This document shows positions 30,167-43,538 of a stretch of DNA of 64,000 bases, one piece after another (the first letter of the stretch is position 1; each line of letters starts with the position of its first letter). Position numbers and translations under genes: made by a program. Below the pieces are notes generated by a model. The model was given only the letters and a program-made list of their open reading frames with translations. It ran no database searches and was not told the DNA's origin. Source of the DNA: the human T2T-CHM13v2.0 reference genome, Homo sapiens; the NCBI RefSeq assembly GCF_009914755.1, contig NC_060931.1; one strand, given 5' to 3'.

Positions 30167-32572
30167 AATAGGCACAGAGTGAAAGTACAATTGTTTGAAA
30201 AAGCTGATAATGTGCTGGGGAATGCTGCATAGAAGCTAATATTATGCCAGTGGCTTTTGAGGGGAAAAAAAGCTTTATTATCACAAGTCAACTGGCAAGG
30301 AGATAGGAGGGAGGCAGCGGTCAAACTTGTCTCCCCAGTCTGTGGGTGGGTCCAGCCTTTATGGCCTGGCCATCTAGTCCCAGGTGATGCCAATGTAGCT
30401 GGTCTGCCAGGCTGGTGGTAGTAACAATTAGGAGGTTACAGCCCTTTCTGTTTCACATGCCTGGACAATTTTGGCTCTGTGTCACCTCTCACAACTTAAG
30501 TAATGGTTAATCAGCTTGAGCTTGTCCCACGGCTACAAAAGGAAGCTCAGTCCCTAGATGACTTTTTAGAGCAGAGCTGCCCTACTAACCTGGAATGACC
30601 ACTTCTAGACTATTATGCAAGAGAAATATTTTTTATTTAATTTTTAATTTAAGCTACTGTGTTTGAGGTCTCTTTCTTACAGCAGTTTAGCCTTTAATTA
30701 ATACATATAAGAAATCAGTTCAGAAGCCGGGCGCGGTGGCTCACGCCTGTAAGGCTCAAGCCTGTAATCCCAGCACTCTGGGAGGCTGAGGTGGGCGGAT
30801 CACGAGGTCAGGAGTTCGAGACCAGCCTGACCAACATGATGAAACCCCATCTCTACTAAAAATACAGAAATTAGCTGGGCCTGGTGGCGCATGCCTGTAA
30901 TCCCAGCTACTTGGGAGGCTGAGACAGGAGAATCGCTTGAACCCAGGAGGCGGAGGTTGCAGGAGCCGAGATCGCGCCATTGCACTCCAGCCTGGGCAAC
31001 AGAGTGAGACTCTCTCAAAAAAAAAAAAAAAAAAAAAAAGAAATCAGTTCAGAAAGAGAAGACAACTGATATATACACAGAGCTTTCTGACCTGACTTCA
31101 TCTGCTTAAATATACAATTTTTTTTTTTTTTTTTGAGATGGAGTTTCACTCTTGTCACCCAGGCTAGAATGCAATGGTGTGATCTTGGCTCGCTGTAACC
31201 TCTGTCTCCCAGTTCAAGCGATTCTCCTGCCTCAGCCTCCTGAGTAGCTGGGATTACAGGTGTCCACCACCACACCTGGCAAAGTTTTGTATTTTTAGTA
31301 GAGATGGGGTTTCACAATGTTGGCCAGCCTGGTCTCAAACTCCAGATCCACCTGCCTTGGCCTCCCAAAGTGCTGGGATTACAGGCGTGAGCCACCGCTT
31401 CCAGTCTTTTTTTGTTTGTTTGTTTTGTTTTTGAGACAGAGTCTTGCTCTGTCACCCAGGCTGGAGTGCAATCTTGGCTCACTGCAACCTCTGCCTCCTG
31501 GGTTCAAGCGATTTTTGTGTCTCAGCCTCCCAAGTAGCTGGGATCATAGGTATGCACCAGCAAGCCCGGCTAATTTTTGTATTTTTAGTAGAGACGGGGT
31601 TTCACCATGTTGGCCAGGCTGGTTTTGAACTCCTGACCTCAAGTGATCCTCCTGCCTCGGCCTCCCAAAGTGCTGGGATTACAGAAGTGAGCCACCATGT
31701 CTCACTAAAGTGTACAATTTAATGGTTTTTGATATAACTGAAACCACTACCCCAAATGAGATTTTTGTCACTATAGATTGAGTTGGATTTTATATAAATG
31801 GATCATATAGTATGTAGGCTTTGTGTCTGGTTTTGCTCAGGATAATGACTTTAGATTCACCCATGTTATCACATGCACCAGTAGTTTGTCCCTTTTTATT
31901 GCTGAGTAGTATTCCACTGTACTGATAAGCTGCATTTTATTTATTCGTCCCTGTTGATGGACATTTTAATGAGTCTATTATTCACACATCGAGGGTGACT
32001 CCAAATGTGGTGTCATTTCTTTTATATTCAACCTCATTTTCAAGTGGTCAAGCAGTCCCTAAGCAACAGCTCAGTGCCTAACACTGCAGTAGTTTCTAGG
32101 CTGACTTGCCAAACTTCCACAGAACCAGTCAAGAAGGAGACAATGAGTCCAATGGGTTCAGATAGTTTATTATTTACACAGACAGCAAAAGCAAGATGGT
32201 GTCTGCTCCCATGTCCCCAGCCCAGCAGGATGATGATGAATCATAGCTCATGATGATGAAGATAGCGCAAGTGGTGGACTGCTCTGCCATGGAGCCAAAT
32301 CCAAACTACAGCCAAGGTGTTTTACAGACTTACACAGAAGTCTGCAGCTGTACCATAAGTTAGAATAAAGTGGAAAGTTCCGTGCTCAACTGAAATTAGA
32401 CAAGTTGATGAGAAATGGCCTTGTAGCAGTCTCCCAAAAAATAGGGATCAGAAACTGCCTTACAGTAGCTCCTTACCGGGCATATTGCCTTTTGCATCAG
32501 GAGCAATCACAGGGCATTCTACTGAAAAGTGGGGAAATAGATTTTGGGGGTGCCTGACTGCAATATACATGA

Positions 32573-32789
<217 letters not shown>

Positions 32790-32828
32790 TAGCTGGGATT
32801 ACAGGTGCCTGCCACCATGCCCGGCTAA

Positions 32829-32966
<138 letters not shown>

Positions 32967-33313
32967 TAATATCTTAAGTCACATGCCATAACAACAAAAA
33001 TGCACTAAAAAATCACTAGCAGAATGAATTTGTGTAATTCACTGAGCTTGAAATTTCTCACATAAAATAAAAGTAGCATCTAAATGAATTCCAAGGTCAC
33101 TTCTATGTCATCTGAATCAATTCAGAATTGTGACTGTACCAAATGATTGTCATTAAAGTCATCATGCTAGGTGCATACAACCTGATAGTCAGGTTTCACC
33201 TCAGTAAATTATATACTTTTCCTCAAGTCTTTTTATTACAAACAGCATAGCAAATAAGAACTAAATAAATAAACTGTTTAGGTTTCCTTTTTTTTTTTTT
33301 TTTTTTTTTTTGA

Positions 33314-33508
<195 letters not shown>

Positions 33509-33674
33509 TAGTCCCGAACTCCTGACCTCAGGTGATCCGCCTGCCTCGGCCTCCCAAGTGTTGGGATTACAGGCGTAAGCCACTGCGCCTGGCCAATTGT
33601 TTAGGTTTCTAAGAGTCTCAGGAAAACTGTCCTCCTTGGAGGTTCTATGTGATCTATCTCTATTTGACAATTAC

Positions 33675-33851
33675 TGGAAAAATGATGGCAACTGAGACAG
33701 CTGCCTCAAGATATCATCACTCAGGTACGACATATTCCATAATGGTGGGCCATCTCCAAACAAAGCTAACAGCACTTTGCAGGTTCTGTCGTGGAGATCA
33801 GCTATTCCAGGGCCAGCCCCAAAGACCAAAGACCATAGCTCCACACGGGAG
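33675..33851 (-). pseudogene. Cryptic gene candidate upstream exon (58 open codons)
   Basis: Unique island between Alus; reads SRVELWSLVFGAGPGIADLHDRTCKVLLALFGDGPPLWNMSYLSDDILRQLSQLPSFF, ends at CA/GTAATT, and the frame closes right after the donor. Acceptor is weak. Confidence 0.4.
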
Positions 33852-34049
33852 CTATATTACATCATCATAATGACCCAGATAGGTACCAAACTCTCTGGGT
33901 GATAGTTTTAATTTAATTTAATTAATTCATTAGTTTGAATAATTATTTTATTGTGTTTTAATGTTTTTACTCTTTTAAAACCTTCTGGCTGGGCGCAGGG
34001 GCTCATGCCTGTAATCCCAGCACTTTGGGAAGCCAAGGCAGGCAGATCA

Positions 34050-34286
<237 letters not shown>

Positions 34287-34303
34287 TTAAATAAACCACT
34301 TCA

Positions 34304-34884
<581 letters not shown>

Positions 34885-37183
34885 TCACTCTGATACCCAC
34901 GCTGGAGTGTAGTAGCGTGATCAAGGCTCACCACAGGCTCAAGCGATCCTCCCACCTCAGCCTCCCAAGTAGCTGGGAATACAGGCACACACCACCATAC
35001 CTAGCTAAGTTTAAAATTTTTTTTGTAGAAGTGGGTTTTCGCTGTTGCCCAGGCTGGTCTCAAACTTCTGAGCTCAAGCAATCCATCTGCCTCAGCCTCT
35101 CAAAGTGCTGGGATTACAGGCGTGGGCCACTGCTCCCAACAATTATTATTATTTTAGAGACAGTGTCTTGGTGTCACCTAGGGTGCCATGCAGTGGAGAG
35201 ATAATAGCTCAATGCAGCCTTGAACTTCTGGGCTAAGTGATCCTCAAACTACTGCATAGCTAGAACTACGGTCACGCACCACCATATATACATCGATTTT
35301 TTTTATAGAGACAGAGTCTTGCTTTGTTGCCAGGCTCCTGGGAGATTTAATTCTATCACTGTACACTCGGTTAAATAATTAGTTGGTGTGTCTAGCCAAA
35401 AAGTAGTATCCGAAAACCCTCAGTATCTGGAAATACGTACGAGTGGGGAACTTTTTTTTTTAGACAGGCTCGCACTCGCTGTGTCACCTAGGCTGGAGTG
35501 CAACCTCTGCCTCCTGGGTTCAAGCAATTCTCCTGCCTCAGCTTCCAGAGTAGCTGGGACTACAAGCACGCACCGCCACACCCAGCTAATTTTTGTATTT
35601 TTAGTGGAGAATGTGTTTTTGCCACGTTGGCCAGGCTGGTCTTGAACTCCTGGCCTCAAGTGATCCGCCCCCCCTTGAGCCTCCCAAAGTGCTGGGATTA
35701 CAGGCGTGAGCCACAGCACCCGGCCAAGAGTGGGGAACATTTAAAATGGTAATCTTGAGAAGGCTGTTTAAGATGTGTAAGTTCCTTAATTTAGCCAGTG
35801 TGGTAATCAGCTGAGGGTGCTGAAGAGTGACCTATAATGAGGCTGGGTTTTGAACAGAATCTCACATGTTAATACAAATGAGTTTATTATATTTTGTATT
35901 TATTATCAGGAGCATTTTTTTCCTAAAGATAAGGCAGGGTATCAGGCTAAGGAGATGATAGGAAAGAAAAAAATCATTTAAAAACTTAAAAAGACAATAT
36001 AGTTGTAAAAATTTTTCTAAAAAGAAAAAATAAAAAGGCAGGATCATCAAACCAGCTTTTTTTCCCACGAACTAGGCACGCCACATGTTTTTTACCTTTT
36101 CTTAACTTCAAATCCTATCGCCCTTTTTTTCTTCTTTCTTTACAGACTAGAAGTCTGTGGGCTGTTTGGCATGCAGTACTTTTAAAGTATTCATTAGTGG
36201 CCAATATTTAGAAGGAAATCTATAGCATTAAAACAGATTTCCAGAGTTTCCTGAAAAAAAAAAAGGTTTTTAAAGGATTTGCTTTCCTAAAATGGCAACA
36301 ATCAGTGGAGGTGAGTAATGGCTGCCCCCTGGACAGGTGGGCTAGTTGCTGTCCAGTTCACCAGGTTTCCAACCAAGCCAGCTTTACTCATTAATGAACA
36401 ATTGATGTTCCATTTGTTTGTCATTCCTGCTCAGTAGCTTATGTCTCCTAGCCACTGGGGCCAGACAGTGCCAATCCCTTTAGGAGCTTCAGACTAAGCT
36501 GTTATGACTATGCTACCAAGGAATAAGCCTGGTGAAGAAACAGGCTTTTCTGTTAGGCACAGGGCTTTCGGAGCTGAACAATTTCCCAGTCTGATGGAAG
36601 AGACTGACAACTACAGTATGGAGTAGTGGCCATGTACCTACATTAAGAGTTATTTACGATGAGTAAATAAAGGGAGCAACAGGGGACCAGAGGAGGTGAA
36701 ATGAATAATTTTCACCTTGCCGTATTGACTTCAAGGGCCTGGAGAAGCGTCTAACCTAGACTTCTGGAGTAAGCTGAAGCCCAAAGGGTAAAGAGGCATA
36801 TTAATACAAATGGTTAAGTTTCAGGCAGAGGGAATATCAGGTAAGGTGTGTGGTGGGGAAGAGACAATGAAAGTGGAGATACCTGGAGCAGAGGGTGATA
36901 AGCGAAAAGTGAGAGATGAAGATTAAGGTACAAGCGAGGATCAATTTATGTCGTCTGAGCTTTATCTTAGGGACAATGGGAAGCCCCTGTGATACTATAA
37001 GGGTAAGTTTACTGGGACTCCGAAGTGATTTGTTCGTTATACAATTAGGAACAGAACCAAAAAATGAACTGCTAATTTTTAAAATTAATTCCTAATCAAT
37101 GTACTATTACTTCCCCGCTGTCCCATGTTTATCGCTGACGCACCAATTCAAAGGACACGGCACATGTTTCTTTTTTTTTTTGA

Positions 37184-37342
<159 letters not shown>

Positions 37343-37980
37343 TAGTAGAGACAGGGTTTCTCTGTGTTGGTCAGGCTGGTTTCAAACCCCCGACCTAAGA
37401 TGATCCGCCCGCCTCGGCCTCCCAAAGTACTGGTATTACAGGCGTGCGCCACCACGCCCGGCCTGCGGAAATGGCCTCAACGCTTCAACCGGAAGCAGAA
37501 ATTGACCGCGGCAGGCGCCATCTAACGGCCGCTGGAGCAAAGCTCCTCCTGGAAATTCGCAACACCGGAAAAGGTCCGGCTGCTTCCGGTAAAAACCCAC
37601 CAGAGCTGACGTTCAGAGGGCGAGTCTCGAAGATCCGGCCAATTTGCCCAGCGCGCTGTGCTCCGCGACGGCGCATGCCCGCTTTTGCGCAGGCGCGGGG
37701 ACTACGGCGCAGGCGCGGAGACTATTGCGCAGGCAAGCGCGTACGCAGAAGCGTGCGCGCGCCCGTTCAACGTCCGGAGCATCGGTGCAGTTTCGAGGGT
37801 AAAGCCTTTGGCGCGGTGATGTGGACTTTTGTTCTCTAACTACAACTCCCAGCATACGTCACCCCTCACGTGGGCGCTAGGTGTGGTTTCGTGGGATAGG
37901 GTAAGGCGAAAATGAAGTGACGATGACGTACCAAAGAGGAAAATAGTTGAATATGTTGTGTGAGCGCGTCGTTTGCAGAA

Positions 37981-38053
37981 GCCCCAGTGGCCTAATGGAT
38001 AAGGCATTGGCCTCCTAAGCCAGGGATTGTGGGTTCGAGTCCCATCTGGGGTG
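37981..38053 (+). tRNA. TRR-CCT4-1: tRNA-Arg (anticodon CCT), intronless
   Basis: 73-nt cloverleaf GCCCCAG...CTGGGGT-G; A box TGGCCTAATGG, B box GGTTCGAGTCC, anticodon CCT at 38014-38016. The isodecoder number is from memory of the locus. Confidence 0.97.
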
Positions 38054-38062
38054 GCCTGTGAC

Positions 38063-38076
38063 TTTTGTCCTTTTTT
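38063..38076 (+). terminator. Pol III terminator (T4 then T6)
   Basis: TTTT at 38063-38066 and TTTTTT at 38071-38076, just 3' of the tRNA. Confidence 0.85.
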
Positions 38077-38665
38077 CCCCTTTCTAAACAAAGCGAAATA
38101 TGCCAACTTTACTTTTTTTTTTTTTAAATGGGAAGTGTGTGTGTGTTTTTACTAGCTGGTGGGCTGCAATTTTCGAGAATCTGCACACACCCATGTCCTT
38201 TGTCTGAGCCGCAGGTCCCCTGGGATTTGGGGAGACGTCAATACGTTGAATTTTGATATCCCTTTTATAAATCATTTAAAAATGTCTTCTCAGCGTGTTC
38301 CATATCAAATCCACACCCACACCCCCCGCCGGGCCCGCTTCTCCTGAGACTCAGCGGTTGGTCGGCTAACGGGCATCTTCAATGACGCAGTGAAGAAAAG
38401 CCCCTGTTTCCCCAAACCCTTGTTCTGGGTTAGAGGTCCTGGTACCTTCAGTTAACAGTCGGGTTTCGTTTGATTTTGTTACGGCGCCCCTGGGCCTTCG
38501 ATTAATAAGGTTCGGTCAACGGACAAGTGAGCGGTTCCACTGCTCGTCAGTCGATAGGGGGAGTCGGTAGTCTGTCCGACCGTACCATTAGGCGCCTGGG
38601 CCGGAGGAGGGGTTTTCAGGGTCGTAGGACGCCGTTGGGCACCACGCTCGGAGAAGGACAGGACA

Positions 38666-38803
38666 ATGGCGGCCTTAGGGTCCCCGTCGCACACTTTTCG
38701 AGGACTTCTGCGGGAGTTGCGCTACCTGAGCGCGGCCACCGGCCGACCCTATCGCGACACCGCGGCCTATCGGTACCTTGTGAAGGCTTTCCGTGCACAT
38801 CGG
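38666..38803 (+). CDS. FMC1: FMC1 (C7orf55) coding exon 1, mitochondrial complex V assembly factor, aa 1-46
   Basis: ACAATGG Kozak; MAALGSPSHTFRGLLRELRYLSAATGRPYRDTAAYRYLVKAFRAHR, recognised as FMC1 (LYR-like FRGLLR); donor CGG/GTACGG, phase 0. Confidence 0.97.
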
Positions 38804-41526
38804 GTACGGGAGCCATGTCCCGGGTGCTCTACGTGCTGGGGAGGGAGGAAGAGCCGGGTCTGGGCTAGGGTGGGGAGCACGGTGTTTAATTCCTGCATTT
38901 CTGAGGCCAACCCTCCCACGGAGCCCTGGTTCTGACCAAACCAACCCAGGCCCTAGGCTCCATGCTCTGGCATAAACTCGGGGACCAAAGGACCAGCGGG
39001 GGGGGGCGCAGAGTCGCTCTGGGGACGTCAGCCTGTCCTGCAGAGGGGCGGACCCGTCCCGAAGGATTTCATTGGCTGGTCTGTTGCCTCTGCGGAGGGC
39101 AGTCAGGAAAGTGGAATGGAGGATTCAATGCTGGGGATAAAACAATGAAGATGGAGTTGAAGGGTGTACTGTTGCTAGACTTAAAGCCACAGCATCTGGC
39201 CAACAATTTCCTCACCCGTCCCCTAGAAAAGTTATTCTAAGAAGCATTTCTTTTTGAGGCGGAAAAGAACAACTGGGCTTTAGGGAAGGAAACTTGCTGC
39301 CCTTGAGCAATGTGGGGAAAGGGAGAACGATCAACTGTCGAATTTCTGAGCCACGGACGTCAGAATGTAAAATCTTAGAACTCAAATTCACCTAGTTTTT
39401 AAAAGGTGGCAACGTTAGGGTCTGTGCTAGGAACCTGGTCTAAACAGGAAGAATCAGATGCACATGTGTCCTGTCCTTAAGACACTTGCTGCCCACCTAA
39501 GGAGCCATACAGTAAAGTACTGAGGATAAATAAGTGCTCAAGGTGTAGACAACAGGGGCTGGGGTATAAAGAAGGGGTAGTTAGGGAAGGTTTTCCGGAG
39601 GAAATTAATCAGGGACCTGAAGGCTAATTTGGAGTTAGCAAGTAAATTGGGGTTAGGGTCCAGGTTTAAAAGCTACACAATTGAAAGCCCAAGGGGAGAA
39701 AAATTGCCAGTTGAGAGTGGTTTAGCCCTAAGGTGTGGTGGGTGAAGTGGAGGTAGATGAAGTGGTAGGCCGAACAGGAACTTAAACTTTATTGTAAGTG
39801 TAATGGGAAGCCATTCTAAGATTGTGATCACCTCCCAGGTTCAAGCGATTCTCCTGCCTCAGCCTCCCGAGTAGTACAGGCAGGCGACATGCGACACCAC
39901 GCCCGGCTAATTTTGTATTTTTAGTGGAGACGGGGTTTCTCCATGTTGGTCAGGCTGGTCTTGAACTCCTGACCTCAGGTGATCCGCCTGCCTCGGCCTC
40001 CCAAAGTGTTGTAATTACAGGCGTGAACTATCAAACCTGGCCCCATTCTAAGATTTTTAAGGAGGTGACATGATTATAGTTGTACCTTATGGGGATAACA
40101 TTATTACCCTTGAGAGAGACTTGGTAATGGTTCTGAAATTCATGGTACATTCTGGAAATACCACTCTGGAATGCACTTGAGCATAGGGGAAATGGTTTCT
40201 GTTTCCTTCAGGCTCACAGCTAACTGAATAACCATCCCATTTTCTCTATCCTTTCCCTCCGGAGAAGGGATTCTATTAGGGAGAAACCTACCCTTTCTCC
40301 ACAGGGAAAATACAGTGTTCTATTTCATTTGATCTCTTTTGGGTTCTTGTGATCTATTTACTGTTTCCTGTCTATTGCTGACCCTTTTGTCCTCATGATT
40401 CAGGCTCAACCGAATCAAGAGCAGTATTCTATCCTACATTAACCTAGAATTCCCATGTCAAATTCCACAAATTTGGGCTTATATATTAATAGAAGTGGAT
40501 GCTATGATTTGTTAATGCTTGACATTGGTGTTGATTTCTCATAAAATTTAAATTACTAAAAAGTTAAATTTGTATTAAAGCAGATTAATTCTGTTTTTAA
40601 GCAGCTAATGAATGTTGCTTTCAACATGATCTGCAGATCCTAAAACCCACATTCTAACAGCATGGGCAACATAGTGTAGTGAGACTTCCTCTCCAAAAAA
40701 TTTGAAAATTATCCAGGCGTGATGGCCCATCCTCTAGTTCCAGCTAATTGGGAAGCTGAGGTGAGAGGATCACTTGAGCCCAAGAAGTCGATCAAGGCTG
40801 CAGTGAGCCATGTTCATACCACTGCTCTCCAGCATAGGCCACGGAGCGAGACCCTGTCTCAAAAACCAAGAAGCCACACACATTCTAGTTTTCAGATTCT
40901 AACACTAGATATTCAAATAGAGAAAGGGGATTAGGCCAGGAGCGGTGGCTCACACCTGTAATCCCAGCACTCTGGGAGGAGGCGGCAGGTGGATCGCTTG
41001 TGCCCAGGAGTTCACGACCAGCCTGGGCAACATGGTGAAACCCTGTTTGTATAAAAAATACAAAAATTAGCCGGATATGGTGGTGTGCGTCTGTAGTCCC
41101 AGCTACTTGCGGGGCTGAGGCAGGAGGATCACTTGAGCTGGGGAGATCAGCAGCCATGTTCACGCTATTGCACTCCAGCCTGGGCAACAAAGTGAGACCC
41201 TGTCCCCAAAAAAAAAAAAAAAAAAAAGAGTTGGTGGGGGGCGTATTATGTAGGCAGTGGTGCCCAGATTTATCCACATTTGGACATGGCTCCTTTAGTC
41301 CCTCAGAGCTATGCACACATCCCCATCTCACCTTTCCTGCCCCTTTCTCACAGCCTTGAATACAGAACTAGTTAAAGAGGGTGCAGTGAATCTCAAAAGT
41401 TAAGTATGATGAAGAAAAAAGGTTTGGAATCATTTGGGGACTTTGGAATGGATATGGAATTTCTAGCTTCTTAAAGTCATGAGTCCAGAGTTTTCAAGAT
41501 GGATAAGCAAATTGTAAGAGCGAGAA

Positions 41527-41869
41527 TAGCCATTCCTCAGTAACTGTGGGGACTGGTTCCAGGACACCCCCCACCCCCACTCAGGAATACCAAAATCCAT
41601 GGATGCTCAAGTCCCTGACATAAAATGCTGTAGTATTTGCAATATAACCTATGCACATCCTCCTGTATACTTTGTCATCTCTAGATTATAATACCTTATG
41701 CGGTGTAAATGCTATGTAAATCGTTGTTATACTACATTGTTTAGGGAATAATGACAAAACATATGTTTGGTAAGACATGATAATCCTTTTATTTTTTTCT
41801 GAGTATTTTTTATCACAAGTTGATTGAATCCAAAGATGCAGAACCCATGGATATGGAGGGCCAATTGTA
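41527..41869. mobile_element. MER2 TcMar-Tigger fossil in the FMC1 intron
   Basis: gactggttccaggac...aataccaaaatccatggatgctcaagtccctga...gaacccatggatatggagggccaattgta. Confidence 0.85.
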
Positions 41870-41972
41870 ATAAGTAATATGAACATAAGCATACTAGTTT
41901 TATACATGAAACCTTCATTTGTTACTATTTAGCACAAAGCTATCATTTTTCAGACAAAAGTTTTCAATTTTC

Positions 41973-42292
41973 TTTCTTTTTTTTTTTTTTTTTTTTTTGT
42001 TGAGATGGAGTCTCCTTCTGTTACCCAGACTGGAGTGCAGTGGCCCGATCTTGGCTCACTGCAAGCTCCGCCTCCTGGGTTCACGCCATTCTCCCGCCTC
42101 AGCCTCCTGAGTAGTTGGTACTACAGGCACCCGCCACCACACCCGGCTAATTTTTTTTTTTTTTTTGGATTTTTAGCAGAGACAGGGTTTCACCGTGTTA
42201 GCCAGGATGGTCTCGATCCCCTGACCTTGTGATCTGCCCGCCTCGGCCTCCCAAAGTGCTGGGATTACAGGTGTGAGCCACCGCGCCCGGCC
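41973..42292 (-). mobile_element. AluY-like element in the FMC1 intron
   Basis: AluY-type positions; TSD aagttttcaattttc on both sides. Confidence 0.9.
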
Positions 42293-42780
42293 AAGTTTTC
42301 AATTTTCATTGTAATGAAAGGTATATGCCACATTAATCAAAGTCACAGAAATATAAATAAAGCAGTCCTTTATTTGCTTGAAAGGGAGAAAGTTCTACAT
42401 AATATTCTTTAGGTGACATTAATGATGAGTGACCTAATTATAATTTCCATATCTACCATTAACCAACCTCTGAGCATCTCTGGACTTTAGTTTCCTCATC
42501 TGTAAAATTAAGGAATTGAAACTAGATGACTTCTTGCAGTACTGACTGAATACAGGGACATTCAATGCAACTCCTTTTAAAAATCCGAACTAGAGGTCAG
42601 CTTTACTAATAACTATAGAGTGCCTCTATAGATGTATTAAGTATACATGTATATACATACATGTCTGTATTTCCTCTGTGCAATTTACTTTCACTCTAGT
42701 GAATGCTTATTTATTAAATCTTTCTCTGTGGACCTGTATCTCTAGCTGGGTTAAGAATTTCTGACTTGCTGCTTCTCTAG

Positions 42781-42984
42781 GTCACCAGTGAAAAGTTGTG
42801 CAGAGCCCAACATGAGCTTCATTTCCAAGCTGCCACCTATCTCTGCCTCCTGCGTAGCATCCGGAAACATGTGGCCCTACATCAGGAATTTCATGGCAAG
42901 GGTGAGCGCTCGGTGGAGGAGTCTGCTGGCTTGGTGGGTCTCAAGTTGCCCCATCAGCCTGGAGGGAAGGGCTGGGAGCCATGA
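42781..42984 (+). CDS. FMC1: FMC1 coding exon 2, aa 47-113 plus stop
   Basis: Branch point and acceptor ttctgacttgctgcttctctag; VTSEKLCRAQHELHFQAATYLCLL...GKGWEP-TGA; joins exon 1 in phase 0 to give 113 aa. Confidence 0.97.
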   Translation, partial: VTSEKLCRAQHELHFQAATYLCLLRSIRKHVALHQEFHGKGERSVEESAGLVGLKLPHQPGGKGWEP

Positions 42985-43053
42985 ACATGGAGAATATCCT
43001 TGGATGCTGCATTCATAGGAGAATTGAATAATTTCTATCAATATGTATTTATC

Positions 43054-43059
43054 ATTAAA
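43054..43059 (+). terminator. FMC1 poly(A) signal (ATTAAA variant)
   Basis: ATTAAA 70 nt after the stop, TGTA upstream, T/GT-rich sequence downstream. Confidence 0.75.
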
Positions 43060-43235
43060 TTTTTTTTAAGTTTAAGGTTTTTCTCTGTAATTTTGTTTAC
43101 TAGTTCTTAGGGGAATTAACTGGACATTTCATCTTTACTCTCAGTGAATTTACTGAACTTTTTGCACTAGACTGATGTTGTTTTTCTACTTAAAAAAATT
43201 TTTTTATATTTTATTTTAAAAGTAGTACAAGCCTT

Positions 43236-43538
43236 AGCCAGGCACGGTGGCTCACGCCTGTAATCCCAGCACTTTGGGAGGCCAAGGCAGGCGGATCACC
43301 TGAGGTTGGGAGTTCGCGACCAGCCTGACCAACATGGAAAAACCCCGTCTCTACTAAAAATACAAAATTAGCCAGGCGTGGTGGCACATGCCTGTAATCC
43401 CAGCTACTCAGGAGGCTGGGACAGGAGAATCGCTTGAACCCGGGAGGTGGAGGTTGCGATGAGCTGAGATCGCGCCATGGCACTCACTCCAGCCTGGGCA
43501 ACAAGAGCAAAACTCTGTCTCAAAAAAAAAAAAAAAAA
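43236..43538 (+). mobile_element. Alu (AluS-like) just downstream of FMC1
   Basis: Full dimer with A tail; TSD tagtacaagcctt / tagtataagcctt. Confidence 0.9.

Larger units (their letters stand above)
37460..39070. promoter_or_regulatory. CpG-rich promoter region of FMC1 (likely bidirectional)
   Basis: High CpG density. NRF1-like GCGCATGC/TGCGCAGGCGC (37671-37736, four copies), ETS/GABP CCGGAA (37489, 37565, and 37584 on the minus strand), YY1-like CGCCATCT (37516), ZNF143/THAP11 ACTACAACTCCCAGCA (37839-37854), E-box CACGTG (37867-37872). Confidence 0.85.

Noticed and set aside
33062-33181. Possible extra minus-strand exon (CTGACTATCAG ... TAT/GTGAGA)
   Set aside because: Weak pyrimidine tract and multiple stops in the two frames translated; cannot be distinguished from chance.
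38804-38935. C-terminal 43 aa of ORF 38666..38935
   Set aside because: Read-through past the GT donor at 38804 into the FMC1 intron; the true frame continues at 42781.
42612-42665. Short palindromes (ctatagag-tgc-ctctatag; tatacatgtata) upstream of the FMC1 acceptor
   Set aside because: Short, AT-rich and low-complexity; expected by chance.
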